Assembly: GCF_037042905.1 (NCBI RefSeq)
Contig: NC_087250.1
Span: 17,300,001-17,364,000, forward strand
Direction: 5' to 3'
DNA length: 64,000 nucleotides
Source: Lytechinus pictus
Lineage: Eukaryota
Under the pieces are notes generated by a model. The model saw only the letters and a list, made by a program, of their open reading frames with translations. It ran no database searches and was not told the origin of the DNA. Position 1 is the first letter of the stretch. Every line of letters begins with the position of its first letter. Below, piece after piece: positions 1 to 13,600 of this stretch. The position numbers and the translations under genes were made by a program.

Positions 1-1191
1 CAGTATGATTAATGCACCGTAAGTAAACATGGTAAATGTTATTTTTCTATTCATAAATACTGGCGAAGTAAGATTCGGTGGTATTAATCCTATAACGGCT
101 AGCATACATCGTGTATAAGATCGTGTCAGTGCAATTATAGACGATGATAGCAGCAATGTTTTTCCTGCATTTGCAACGATACATGCTTTTGCAAGGAACC
201 CTACTTTGCTAGGAGGGTATTCAAGGCTTGCTATAAGATAACTCGCGTACAAAATGCTGATCCGTGTAGAAAGAGTTGCATTTAAACGAAACTAACAAAA
301 GAATAATAAAACAATTAAAAAAAACAAGCGCTTATCCGTCATACGTGCATTTCATGGGTTAAAAGTCAAGATGGGTTTATTTTTTGGAGTTGTGTTTGAT
401 CGTTGCTCTTTGTGCAACCGGTCCGCAGAGTTCACCTGAATCATGCTTAATTGAATATGAAACAAATTAAGTCATGCGGGGTTAGCGAAAAATTATTCTT
501 TCCAGCATAAAAAAACAACAACAATCAAATAGCATACTTTAGACAGTGTGACCAAGGGGTTACTTGGTAGGACGTAATTCCTCGGCATCATTCATCATTA
601 TCCACCGTAGGCTTGCATCATCACTTAACATGCTTAATGAAGTATACTAACATAATATGTAGGTCTCAAACTTGAAACCCTGGCTTAATGAATCAGATTA
701 AGTGCCTTTGGTATTAAAGTAATCGTAAGGCGTATTATTATGTCATTTAAATTGGATCGTCACTTTGAATTTCTCTATGAAAGAGATACAAAGTATAATC
801 ATAAAAATTACTATACACATTACGACGCTTACTCCTTATAATTACATAGTTCGCAATGATAGAGAGTTTTCGCTCGGTAACGTGCGGATGATTCAAGTTT
901 CAAATAACCGTCAAAAAACAACTAAGGAGCCTTCGTCGGAAGTTGTTGAATCAAAATAACAGCTTAACCCTTGATTCTGGGCAAGCGATGCATTTGATTT
1001 TTTTATCAGCTCTGGAAGTAGGACTTCTTGGTAACTCTTTATCATTTGACTACCTATTAGTAAAGTTCCAAAGCGGAACTCCTTATCCCTTAACATCTTG
1101 CCTTTCAATGGATTAATTAAAGAAAATGTATTGAAAATCCTCGTGTAATGAAAGTATAAAACAATTACTTTGACAACTACTTTATGTTTAC

Positions 1192-1261
1192 CTGTAAATT
1201 CAGCAACAAAGGTTGTCAAAATAATTGTACTTTCAGATTTGCAAATCACAAGGATTTTCGC
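1192..1261 (-). CDS. Candidate exon (AKILVICKSESTIILTTFVAEFTG)
   Basis: Acceptor actttatttttag, donor cag|gtaaac; the same frame stays open to 911. Confidence 0.45.
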
Positions 1262-1584
1262 CTAAAAATAAAGTTTATTGAATTTGCTGTTCATTTCTTC
1301 ATTTTGTTTTTATCCTTTTTTTTCACGTAAGGTCAGTCTTGTCCAAGACGTACTGAATTATGTCATGATGTATAATAATTTCTTGTGTAGGTCTATTTTG
1401 TGGAAGGTTTATACAATGTTCGTTTGCAAATCAGTCGTCCCAATTCCAATCGTCTAATTCAAATACTTTATGTCTATTGTCCACTGTCTGAAGTAGGGTC
1501 TGAAAACGTCCTTGATCCATCATCACTCTTGACATAAGACTACCGCACGGTGGCATTTTGGCATCTTAGAGAGTGAAGTCATAC

Positions 1585-1642
1585 CTTGTTTGGATTAAAC
1601 TCAGAAGTGATGGACCGCCCTTGAATATATTGGTTGTCAGTG
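1585..1642 (-). CDS. Candidate exon (TDNQYIQGRSITSEFNPNK)
   Basis: Acceptor cctttcgttttgttttccactctcag, donor aag|gtatga; phase continues the previous exon. Confidence 0.5.
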
Positions 1643-1789
1643 CTGAGAGTGGAAAACAAAACGAAAGGTAAATGACAGACCAATGGCATAGCCTCTTTCT
1701 CAAGGGGCCCAGTTGCAGTTAGGAACGGGTTTTCGCAATTGCAACGGGGACCGATTCTACATCATAACAAATCTATTGAAAATGGCCGT

Positions 1790-2040
1790 CAAATTACAAT
1801 GAACAGATGAGAGGTCTTTGTCGAAAATTGGTGAACCGGGACCGCAGGTCGTACTACGATTTGGAGCTGACGAAATATTGCAAATATGTCGTTTGTCCAG
1901 AGTCCAGTACGACTTTGTTGTTTTGATTCACCGATTTTCGGCAAAGCCTGTTTTCTCAAGAAGGGCCTTTGACAATAGATTCTCAATGTTCTAGAATTCG
2001 TCTGCGAAGTGGTTGCGAAACTTCCTAGTATTGCAGTCAA
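1790..2040 (+). repeat. Dispersed repeat; other copies near 13930-14160 and 18790-18970
   Basis: All three share gaggtctttgtcgaaaat...tgacgaaa; the first two also share atgtcgtttgtccagagtc. Confidence 0.7.
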
Positions 2041-2452
2041 ACGCAACACCAAATAACAAGTGATAGTACATACATCATTGATAATGAGGCAATGATCCAG
2101 TTGACTTATTCTGAGACGCAGAGGGATGAAGAAGATACAGGGTTAAGCAATTACAAATTATTTATAGGAGAGAGAGGTCAAAGGTAACTTATTTCCATAA
2201 AAATAACCTGTATCAAAATATACATCCGTTTAAAGTGTGTATAGATTGGTTACATAACCAAATGCAGAGAGTATATTGATCGGACATGAGAATGGTATTA
2301 CACGACGTGTATAAAACAAAACTCGCATTATGGTGTTGTGTGACTATTGAAAGGACGTTTTGCATTATCCCAGCGTGGCCGACGAGAATAATTTGTTTGG
2401 CCTTGATTAGATAGTTTTCCATACTGTTCGTAGGCTGACTTTATACACTCAC

Positions 2453-2574
2453 TTGCCGTTTCTTGAATCTCTTGCTCTTTTATTCGTAAAAATTGAAAAA
2501 GAGCCGGTATGCCTAACAGTAATAGTATAAGTGGTGTATCCGGCAAACTTCGTCAGAAGGGGAAGAACAATAAT
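2453..2574 (-). CDS. Candidate exon (IIVLPLLTKFAGYTTYTITVRHTGSFSIFTNKRARDSRNG), unknown product
   Basis: Acceptor ttcttttcctcttctctaacttgtcag with ctaac branch point; donor caa|gtgagt. Confidence 0.45.
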
Positions 2575-2699
2575 CTGACAAGTTAGAGAAGAGGAAAAGA
2601 AATCCATCAAAGGTAACGTATATCCATAAAATATGACAACAAGCCCCTCCCCCTCCAAAAAATGAATAAATAAAAATCCTGCGCATTCTCAATATACGT

Positions 2700-2990
2700 C
2701 AATGAGTAAAAGTAGCAGAAGCAGCATAAGCTTCCGTAATAGTAGTAGTAGTAGTAGTATTTTCATCTTGTAGTAGTAGTGACATGAGTAGGCCTAAAGA
2801 AGTAGTAGTTTTGTAGAAGTATAGTAATAGTAGAAGGAGCAGTAGTAGTTGTTTCAGCAGTAGAAGAAATAGCAGGAGTAATACAAATGATAATAATACT
2901 TTAGTAGTAGTAGTAGTAGGAGTAGTAATAACAATAATAGTATTAGGAGGATGAGGATGAGTAAAGAGTCCTAGTAATATTATAAGACGG
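2700..2990. repeat. Degenerate (AGT)n microsatellite
   Basis: Runs of agtagtagt. Confidence 0.9.
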
Positions 2991-3267
2991 AGAAGAAAAA
3001 TTAAATATATAGAAGTGATGTTGGTGTTCATACAATGATGGCGATGACGAGGACTGCAATAATCATCATTCGATTATAAGAAAAGTAGACAAGATATAAA
3101 CATAAAGGGTAATGGTACTCTTTTGAAATCCGACATAAATGTGAATGCCTGGGACCAAGGGGAAAACAGCCTTGGAGTCAATTTAACTATTCATTATGCT
3201 CTTACTGAAATTGAAGGAAGTCGATTAGAATGATAAATTAGCCGTGTCAGTCATTTAGCGTACTCAC

Positions 3268-3400
3268 GGCGCCATTACCCCGTATCGAACTTTCCTATTT
3301 TCTACCGACGTCGCAGAAGATGAACCGTGGATATGATGTATGCAAGCATTAAAGGAACTTGAGCGAGGGCAGTGGATTATTATAAGCCAGTTCGTAGTTT
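3268..3400 (-). other. Candidate first exon of an unidentified - strand transcript
   Basis: Ends ATGGCGCC|gtgagta on the - strand; CpG-richer; 5' boundary approximate. Confidence 0.35.
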
Positions 3401-5217
3401 CACTCTGCGCATGATCAGAAGACTCTGCACATGATCAGAGGAAGGTCATTTGTACTAAAGTGACATGGTGGTTTAGAATTTAATGAGATAAGCACCAACT
3501 TTGATGTTTTGATTATTCATAGATTCTTTTGAATTGTTTTTTTTTTTTTTTTACATCCACAAAAAACAACAATGCGTCCACGAACGACTGATATTTCACT
3601 GTTTACCGAGTACATTGTACAACATGCTGTAATATGCATTCAAAGTAGAAATAGAGTGTTAATTTGTGTGTTATTCTAGTGAGCTGATCTATTCAATTTT
3701 TTTTTTAATTTATGTTTTTATTGATAAATCTTCAACATACAAATCATTTACATCAAATTCCACTTATAAAAGTTACAAAAAAAATAATAATAAATCAAAA
3801 TATATACAAAGGATTGGAGTGATCGGAAAAAAAAATCAACAAGGAGAAAGCGGAGTACATGTATATCATTTCATTAAAACAATATCATATTTTTACATGA
3901 GCAAGAACCCCTAGAATGAAAACCAATCAGCAACATACTTTGGGTCTATTCAATTTCTTCATCGTGCTATGTAAGACATGCTCACGTAATATCTTGCTTT
4001 GAAATCTGCCTATCATAATGAAAAAATATGAAAGGTCATTTGACCAGAATTGTCCATGAAATAACTACGAACTGGTAGATTTGCTGACCCTAAACTATTT
4101 TAAAATGGATGAAAATACGGGTTAACAAACCGAAATAATAGTTGCAAAGGCAGAATAATAATGGGTTGATGAAATATATTAATTTTCATTAAGATGAAAG
4201 TATACAAAATCTGATTTTACATTCTACATTTGCAATACATGTATATTTTAGCACAGAGTAAGTTAAATCATTTCAATACGTAACATCAGCAAACCTCTGG
4301 ATATTAAACAAGCTTTTCCTAATCATACTTGCATATGTGATAATGGATGACATACAGTACATGTTGTATAATTATTGCACGTTATGTAGCTAAACATGAA
4401 CAGTGTAATGTTTACATCGCATGATAACAAGTAGCTTCACGGTTTACCCGGCTTCGAGCATGTATAACATCCATATAACGGTATGTGTTGAGATGGTAAA
4501 TAGATAGAAAGCGTCAAAAACCATGGCAACGGAATGGTAAAAGAGCTTATTCAAGGTAATTGCTGACCTCATGTTTATTTTTATTTCAGACTGTGAGCAA
4601 TGTTAAGCAGGTGAACATCGTGTTTTGTATCACTCAACAAGCTCTCATTAAGTACTTTAAATACACGTTGATCCCCAGCTTGCACGTAATGCTTTATATA
4701 ACATCTCCGAAAGCACTCGCAAATTTATTGTAGATAATGGTTTTATACGTTTTTATATTTTAGTGCAACAGTGTTCTTCATGTAACATTTTCAGAATATT
4801 TAGTCTCATATTTCGTTTTATAATTATATGTTGATGATAATTTCTGAATGTTGATATATATTTTTTTTTTGGGGGGGGGGATTCAAAGTAGTTTGCAATA
4901 ACGTTTCCGAAAATTTATTTAGAGAACATCCTAATCATTGCCAAATGTAGTATAGAAATGTTATCTAAGGCCTAACCATATTAAACTTATACAACATGTT
5001 TTCTATACCTAAATAACCATATTATAATATATTTTGAATGTTTTTTTTTTTGTGCTATACCTGGATACATTCCGACCAGTTTTGGTATTGAACACGATGC
5101 AAAATTCAAAATAATATCAGCAAAATCCGACAAGCCCCTTTTTCTCGAAAGAGAGAGGGGGAAATATTTAGGCATGCTCATTGACTTTTTCCTCAAGTAT
5201 AAAACTCAGCTGACTAA

Positions 5218-5632
5218 AGGCCACCGCACACCTTACTACTGTTCGCGATCCGATTTTGGAACAAATCGCATTTTTCTCATTTTCTGAAAATGTGAATGGA
5301 ACATATCATTTTATTTGAGGTTAAAATCAATTGAAAGAATACTAATATAACCATATTGAAAGATTGCAAGCTTTTAGTTTGGAGTAAAGGTCAAATTAGT
5401 TTCAAATCGTAGCCAATCATACGACTGCTATGACGTCATTACGACTAGATATTAAATTTGCTGTTATTCTAAGATGGATGATAACATAGTCACAGATTTG
5501 AACATATATATTCGTACGATGATTTAGAACATTACACAGTAAGATATTCCATGTCTCAATATTAGCATCAAATTATATTACATTTTATTCTGAAATCGGG
5601 TCGCAGACCAATCGTAAGGTGTGCGGTCGCCT
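5218..5632. mobile_element. PIF/Harbinger-like MITE
   Basis: TIRs aggccaccgcacaccttac / gtaaggtgtgcggtcgcct; TAA on both flanks. Confidence 0.75.
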
Positions 5633-7726
5633 TAAAGGTTCATGTACATTTTCGCGTAGACACCTTCTCACGCACGCGCCCACGAACACATCCAAACGGT
5701 CACCCTCGCGCACATTTTTTCTAACTACAGTATAGAGTATGGATGTATACAGTATCCCATTATGAGTCAGATCCAGGCGATCTTCACGCTTTTTGAAGGG
5801 ATCGATGATTATTGTTAGTGCGATATTTATGCCTAATACCCGGTGGACAGTGATATTTATACCCCAGCAGCTTTCCGCTGACCCATGACATATCGTTACA
5901 ACTTTAGGGAGAATCGTGTGATTATCACCGCATTTAGCTGTCCTCCCCCATCAGGGTAAACTATCCATCTTGCATACGGAGCTGGAAAATAAGGGAGCAT
6001 AGTTTTTACCGGACATGTTTGGAGAAATGATCTCGTTGGCGTGTAGCCATCTTTAGGACGTGTGTTCCACCCTATACTTATGCACATTATCATACGAAAA
6101 ATGCCAAAGATGTATCACCGACATATGAATATAAAATAAAAATCCAATTTTTGATAAAAGTTGAGGCAAGACTATGAACAATATACAAGTCAAAGCCTTC
6201 TTGCCAAATTCAATAACTCTAAAACTGCTTATCTGCGGTACGAAGCCTATTGGCTTTTTGCTACTCCCTTACATCCAATTCCTTATGTATTTTGCTATTT
6301 GGTCAAAGTTGTCAAATTTTCAATGTTATTTGAGTTTATTAAGGGTTCATTGATTGATTGATCTCGGTGTACTGCATCTTATTTGCTTTTAGAGATGTAA
6401 AATAAATGAATTTGAATTTTAAATTTGAATTTGATGAAAAGTCATAGGAAAAAAGGAGTGCTGTGTGCGGGGGGGGGGGGGATGCATTCCTTATGATTGG
6501 CCTTTCACCGTGCAGAGTGGTGCATGTTCCTGTTTACATTCCCTCTCTTGCAGGGTTCTTAAAAGGCAGATGTAGCAATAACCTGTCACCTGTCTTGTTT
6601 GCTGAACGCTCTTTCATATCGGAGTATATCGATTACCCAATCGATAACTTCTGCATTCCTCAATTATCGTGCAGTGTATATCGTATATTGTCAGGCCTTC
6701 AAAACTCATTTGAAAAGGTTAAAAATAAAGTAGTTTACGATCCATATATGTCGCCATTAGAATTTTTAGTTGTCAGGTAAAAGCAATAGGTTCTTGAAAT
6801 CATAATTCATCATGTTTATAACCATACACAAGTCTCGATTTAAATTTGCAGGAGTTTAAACTCAGATATATTTCATAACGATATTTGGCGCATTACTCCC
6901 TTTTGAATATTCAATTTAATTTACTTATTTAACATACCTAATATAGTTTCTTTTCTTTTCTACTTACTATTTAAAATTGGTGCTTATGACGTGTTCTAAT
7001 CAGTGCTGCAGTCTTTTCCATGTGATCAATAGTTGCAATTGGTAATATAAATTTCACTTCTATATTACAATATTTTAACTGGAAATACTGTAACGCATAA
7101 TAATATTCCATTTTCAATCCTTACAAACATCTAAATGTGAAGAAAAAATTGCATAATATATTCATTATACTTCACGATCTACATTTGATTTCATTTTAAT
7201 AGCAGAAATCAAAGAATTCAGAGTCGTTAATGATATTAATATGCAATTCATTTTTCGATTGTTATGACTATCGCATTTGCGATCTACCGTATAGTAAATA
7301 AAAACGGACTATGTTACTGGGACAGACATGTTGCTCGTTTGGCTGGTATAACCAATTAATTCCGTTACTTCAACACGCAAACATGATCACAGATGGCGGA
7401 CTGAGTATAACAAGTCTGAATATGACATATCATGTTTTTAGATTTAAGGGTAAATGTTACAATTTCATATGTCAAAACCGTAAGGTGAAAATGACAAGGA
7501 CTTTTTTAATTTCGATTTTAAATTTTGACTTTATTTGTCCCACTTTAACAACAAATAGCAGTACTGTGTTTTATATGTTTAACAAATATATTCTTAAACA
7601 TAGCGTTGGAAGGGTAAATCAAGTAGGCCTATTTAACATAAGGTAATGTACAGTGTGTAATGAAAGTGGGAGACTAAATAACAAGCAGAGCTTGTAGAAA
7701 ATTTGGCTCTCATTGGGAGGTACATA

Positions 7727-7956
7727 CAGTGGTGCTCGAAAGATAGTGAACCCCACCAGAAAATGAACAAATTTAAAGTGTTCAGGTTCTGCCATGTGTT
7801 AGATAGTTAATTGTGAAGTCGGGTGATAAAATATTACATTCAATAAAGTTGGTCTCCCTGGGCTTGCCGAACATTGCAGTGTTGTTTTTTACATTCCACA
7901 CTGAGAGAGAAGGGTTGCATTTTGTGGTGGGGTTCACTAACTTTTTAGCACAACTG
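7727..7956. mobile_element. Tc1/mariner-like MITE
   Basis: ta|cagtggtgctc...agtgaaccccacca and tggtggggttcacta...gcacaactg; right TA is mutated. Confidence 0.7.
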
Positions 7957-9302
7957 CAAATGGTTTTTTTTTGTCAAGAATAATCTGAAGCTAATATCCA
8001 CGGGTTAAACCCACAACCGACAGAATCTGAACATTGAAAGGTGCTGCTATTCAGTATTGACATTCTTGGCTTATTTAGTACATGGCTATTTAACGTTCAA
8101 ATTTTTATGATACAACTTTGCAATACCCATCTCCATCCCAGCGATGGCCTTCATTCATTAGGGTAGTATGTTCAGAAGTTACGGGATGTAATAAAACCCC
8201 ATATCTCATGTGATTTACATCAATCCGCTCGGAGATGTCAATACGGAAGTAATGTTTATAATTACATATGTATCTATCGAGGAAATTTGCGATTGCTCTT
8301 TCAAATTGGCTCTAATTCAATTATTCATTATGAAAATAAAAATATGACGATATAAAACAGAATTTGTGTTTTTTCCTTCCAAATAAATCTATTGTCATTC
8401 ACGTACATTTGTTTAGGACCAAACTGTAAGTATTGTAAGTTTGTGCCAAGGTGAATTACTTCGATGTGATGTTTTAAATGTCACTTTATGCGAATATACT
8501 TTGAACGAAATTGTATCCTTGTGAGAAATTATAAATATCTCTTTTATTTATGCCCATATATGTATTAGGATAGCACGGGGATTCGCACACAGTTTCCATC
8601 GTCAAGCTCTTGGCCCTGTCTTACAAAGAGTTGTGATTGATTCGATCATCAGTGTCATAACTTTTCATACAGACTGTGCACAATGTTAACAAATAAACAA
8701 TGTAAACAAATTTGTAAACAAATAGATTACTTAATTGTCGAGATAGCGATGAATGTATGAGTATACATTATATTTATAAAGCATTTTCAACTAACTTGCA
8801 TTATAGATGTTGGCGTAGCTGGCTTTCCATAATTTTAGACATAGCCTGCGGAATGGACGCTCCCGATTTTAAGCAAGACCAGTTGAGACACCATCACATG
8901 CATGCGTACATGCAAACGTACAGCAAAGGTTTTGGATCAGCGAAATGGATCGCGACCAATCGTTATACCAAGAGCGCTGGCTGAAATCCTCCTCACTGAC
9001 CGTGAATTACTTCTACAGCTCTCTGCAACAAACTGCATATAGCCAAATGTTATTAAAAGCCTGTCAGTGTTGCTTGGTCTTGAGATTTGGTTTAAAGGGT
9101 ACTTAGCTCTGACAGGTTACCTCAACTTATTTTAAACTTTATTTAGGCTGACTGGTATATATGACGAATGAATCACTACAGAAGGACTTGGACTTGTCAA
9201 GGCCAACTGATTGGTTTTGACACGGGTAAAGACACGTTCAAGAGGATGCTTGGACTCCAGGGTGGGGACCATTTCATACAACTAGTTATAATACTTATTT
9301 TG

Positions 9303-9508
9303 CACTCTAAAACAAATCAGTCAAAAAATGACTAGTTAATATGGTCAGCTGGGTGCAACTGTTATTCTAGTCATATTTGAATATTTTAGTCGTATTTTAC
9401 TAGAACATGGTTATTTCTAACTAGAATTTGTCAGAAATGTGACTAGCATATCGGTTGCACCCAGCTGACTACTTTTCTAATCAATTTGACGGATTTGTTT
9501 TAAGAGTG
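9303..9508. mobile_element. CACT-terminated palindromic element (CACTA/EnSpm-like)
   Basis: TIRs cactctaaaacaaatc / gatttgttttaagagtg; 2-bp TG direct repeat on both flanks. Confidence 0.65.
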
Positions 9509-10029
9509 TGGAATGACAGTTGTTAAACTACTGAAATCAGTCTATTTGATGTGGTTAACAAAGTAATTGGGCACTGATGCGCGTCTGTCTGCTCCCCCAC
9601 CTGCAGCGTTTCCCTCAGATAGGCACACGCATGCGCATTTTTGAAGGGGAGGGGCATCAAGTTCTAAATAAATCATAATACAAAAAATAGAAAAATTAAA
9701 TCAGTGAAAGTTCGACGAGAATTCATCAATATATTTGCGATTTTGTTCCCTACCTTATCGGCTCCCTCATTTGCATACCCCTAATTATTGTGCAAATAAC
9801 CATGATAACTGAAATTTTAACATATCAAACAAAATTATCAATTCATAGTACTTCTTTGTTGAGTTGGAATTACCCTTCAATCCTGGAAAAACTGAATGAT
9901 ATCAAATCTTGGCAGACATTGTTAAAAGGTTTAAATACATATTTTTGCTAGTTTAATGAACGAAAGGTGTAGATATTCATGTTTAACTTATAACCTTATA
10001 ATTTTTCTTTTGATTCAATGGGAATTCCA

Positions 10030-10460
10030 GAATTTTGTATTCATTTATTTATTCATTTTCTTTAGTTTATACTGCAGGGTAGGCCTGTTCAGTTATACAA
10101 AGCTGTTTTCCAAAAGCGCCCTGCAGTTTAACAAATAACTCAACATCAAAAGCAATTTAATGTATGTAACATAATAATAAAGGAAAAAACAGAATACATT
10201 ATATACGTATAGATTGAATCAACTAGTATCATGGAATCATTACATCAAGTTATTCAGTGTATGGCAGTCAGAATTTTAATGATTTACAGTGGGGTTTATT
10301 AATGCATGGAGGGACGTGCATTTTTTTTATGCATGTATCACAAGGGAGCGAATTAAATAAGACGGCAGCAACATAATCATTGAAAAGATTTTCTTTTATA
10401 ATCCGTCCTTAGGCAGTGTATTGAAGGGGACATTGTTCACAATATCGTGTTTTATAAGGT
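10030..10460 (-). mobile_element. Decayed LINE 3' end (L2/CR1 group)
   Basis: Stem-loop ctgcagggt...cagttatacaaagctgttttcc...ccctgcag followed on - by an aataaatgaa tail, as at the 36.0 kb LINE end. Confidence 0.45.
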
Positions 10461-11151
10461 AAGTTACGTTTGCAGACACAACGATGCAACGAAAAATCCA
10501 TTCGATAGAAATTTTGAGTACTACATTCTTTCAGATCCATACGGTGATTTCATATACGTCACAACGGCTAATTACGCGTGGCAACCCCTGATGCGTTGGT
10601 CGTACCGGGAGCGCGTTTCATGAAGAGGTTTTTCGGTAATTTTCATCGGCAGTTGTTAAAAGCTACTGAAAATCCTCAGATCTTATTGGCTGAGAGCACA
10701 CTAGTCAGTGAAAATCACTGGCAGAGCTCTTCCTGAAAATGATTCACTGATTTGCAGTCTGTCGTCCAGTAATCAACTATGACTGCACAATGATGATGAA
10801 ATGAATTATCATATTGGTGCCGGCGGAAGTTCTTGTCAGTCATCTGTTGTGCCGCGGTCACACCATCATACCCGATACCAAACCGACCGATGGTATGTCA
10901 TCGAATACAGTGTAACAATATTTGATCGATTTCCATTCGGTTTCGTTGTTGTGACTGTGATGTTCAGTTCGTGTTGAAATTGTAATAGTTTAAAGGGGAA
11001 AGTCTAACAAACCATCCCTTTGCTTTCTGTGTAACCTGAAGGCAGTCCACCCTCACGTTTTTCATGACATTGTTCATGATGTAGCGTCTTTTCAGGAAAC
11101 AAAAACTTCTTTTAATAGGGAAAAGCCTCGGCGACACACCTTTTGCCAATA

Positions 11152-11818
11152 GTGGGTTTTCGCCCAGCGTCGTACGACGTAGAACGTACGTGTGCAAAAA
11201 TCGCCAACTTTCATGGAAACAGAGGCCCGAGCGTTCTTGAGCTCAAATCACGGACGGTTCTTCCGCAAATTAGCGGGCGTCCGCATTAGAACGTAGGATT
11301 TGTCAATAGCCGTCAACAGCCAATCAGATCGCTTGTAGAGCGAGCAAGCTGAGCCGATCGATGTAAACACATTCGCCCATCGCGTGCATGCACATGTTGT
11401 ACTCTACTCTGACTACACTGATAGCTGAAAGCTTCAAAACATGGACTCGAATGCGAGTTTTTCGGTGAGTACCATTTCAATTATACTAAAATCAAGCTAA
11501 GTATAATTTCAAAATGTTACAGTAGAAGTTTAAACGAGTATGATTATTGAAATATGATTGAAAAGCCGTTGCATGGCTCGGTCGACGACGCGACTGCAAG
11601 ACACATGGCACTGCCAGTTGTGTGCACATAGTAGGAACATATACAATGCACATGTTGGCGTGTCAACATTACATGCCAACCATGCCAGCCGGTCGATCCG
11701 GCCGCGTTCAGCGATTTGCGAAACTGCTTACAAGCGAGAGTTGAGCGCGACGGACGCACGAACAAAGAGATCGTTCTACGTCGTAGATAGCGTCGTACGA
11801 CGCTGGGCGAAAACCCAC
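11152..11818. mobile_element. TA-flanked non-autonomous DNA transposon
   Basis: Perfect TIRs gtgggttttcgcccagcgtcgtacgacg / cgtcgtacgacgctgggcgaaaacccac; palindromic target caaTAttg; CpG-rich interior. Confidence 0.8.
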
Positions 11819-13399
11819 TATTGTGTGCAGTAGGCGTTAGAGCATGCGCTCGTGAATATTCACCGTTCTCCCGCTCATTTCCCTTATCACGATTAAATAC
11901 TTCATATGAAAGCACTCACGGCATCCTAATCACGCATCGCTCTGACATTGCATGCCATTCGTTGACTTAGATCCGTCATAATTATACCAATGTATCAGAC
12001 TGTTTATTGATTCTGGCGTTACAGGTTTCGCACGTGTTTGGCGCCTGCTCCGCAGGTTTAATTACACGATACTGGTAATCCAATCGGGATATAGTAAGCT
12101 CTTAATAATGGTATTGACCCAAGCACTTAGTGCAAAATCTATGGAGACTGGTTATTATCCTATATCATAACCTTCCATTGTGGTGTTACAGTATTTGTGA
12201 GTTGTACTCTGCATGATTTTAGTAATATCAGCCAATTAAAAGGCATAGTAAACAAGGTCCAATTTCATTACTCGTGTTAGAATAACAATTATGATATTTG
12301 ACTGAAATCAGAGCATTTGATTAATTGATTTGCGTCGGGTATCGGTTTATGAAACGATATCCAGAACTAAAATAGAATACCGGTACTTTTTACTCCAGCC
12401 TGGATTTGCTTTCATGATTGAATTGATTATACAATTTACTGGAAGGTCTGTATCACGTGTGGAGTGTTGCAAGAAACTTACGACCAATTGCAAGACAAAT
12501 TTTAGTCTCCAAATCAGTCATAAGTCTTGTAATTAATTGCAATAGTTTAATCGATCACTTGTCTGCTTGTTGTATCGACAAATGCATTGTCTATTTCGCA
12601 GATCGTCTAACACCATCATACCAAAACCCTTTGGTCTGCTATCAATTTGTTAACTATCTTCCATTGCACCAGTGATTACTTGCCATGGTCAAATACCCAC
12701 TTGTTATAACTATCATTTTAGTCAATGCCTTGATGTCGTATTTTTCACTTCATCTCATAATTATTGACACTTCGTCAAATGAAAATTTGATTCATATACG
12801 CTTGACTAATCGTATAGACTGATTACACCAAATGGGATTATACAAACTAGGAATCAGACAAAATATTCGATAAATTATTCGACCAATGGTTTATAGACCA
12901 ACTACAAACCCATAGTATATTATGTTCACATACAATTCTTATTCTTTGAGTATTAAGCACTGATACCGAAGACCAAACGTAATTGTGGGTATCATGCGGA
13001 TCATAGTTATACATGTTTATTGGAAGCATTTTATTTTCCATTAATTCGAACATTGGTCTCAGATATACCCTTTTGCGTAGGCATGGCCTACGTTCCCAAG
13101 TATAGCATAAGGAGGTATTTGTTAATAATGCAATGTTCTAGTTCACAGTGCTTCCCAATTTGAATTTGAAATCATCGAACTAAAATGTATAATTAACATT
13201 TGAACCAAAGGCCAATCGCGCGTCCTTTGGCGGCATCGATACGCGGAAGGGTCACAAACGTGATCGAAAATGACCTTCGTCTATTAAACCAAGGGTCAAC
13301 TATCTGACCATTGTGTCTCATCATGCTGACCATCTTTGGTAGATGATATTTTAAAGGGGGGCAATGCTCCTACAATGTCTATTGGTGTGTGCTAATAGG

Positions 13400-13600
13400 C
13401 GGGTTAGTGCGTGTGTGGGTGTCCCTTTGTGTACAAGGGCGAGGTTACGTTTGTGTATGTGTGTGATTGTGGGTGTGCGTGTATGTGTGTTGTGTATGAA
13501 ACGTAAGGAGAGGGTGTAAGAGGATGTGTGTTTGCTAGTGTACGTGTGCGTGTGTGTGTGTGAGAGAGAGAAAGGGTGTGTATATGTGAGTAAGAGTGTA
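13400..13600. repeat. Degenerate (GT)n/(GA)n tract
   Basis: gtgtgt runs. Confidence 0.85.

Noticed and set aside
2699..3031. 110-aa hydrophobic ORF, and similar ORFs at 47221-47697, 28004-29122 and 13404-13796
   Set aside because: These are translations of microsatellite or low-complexity DNA
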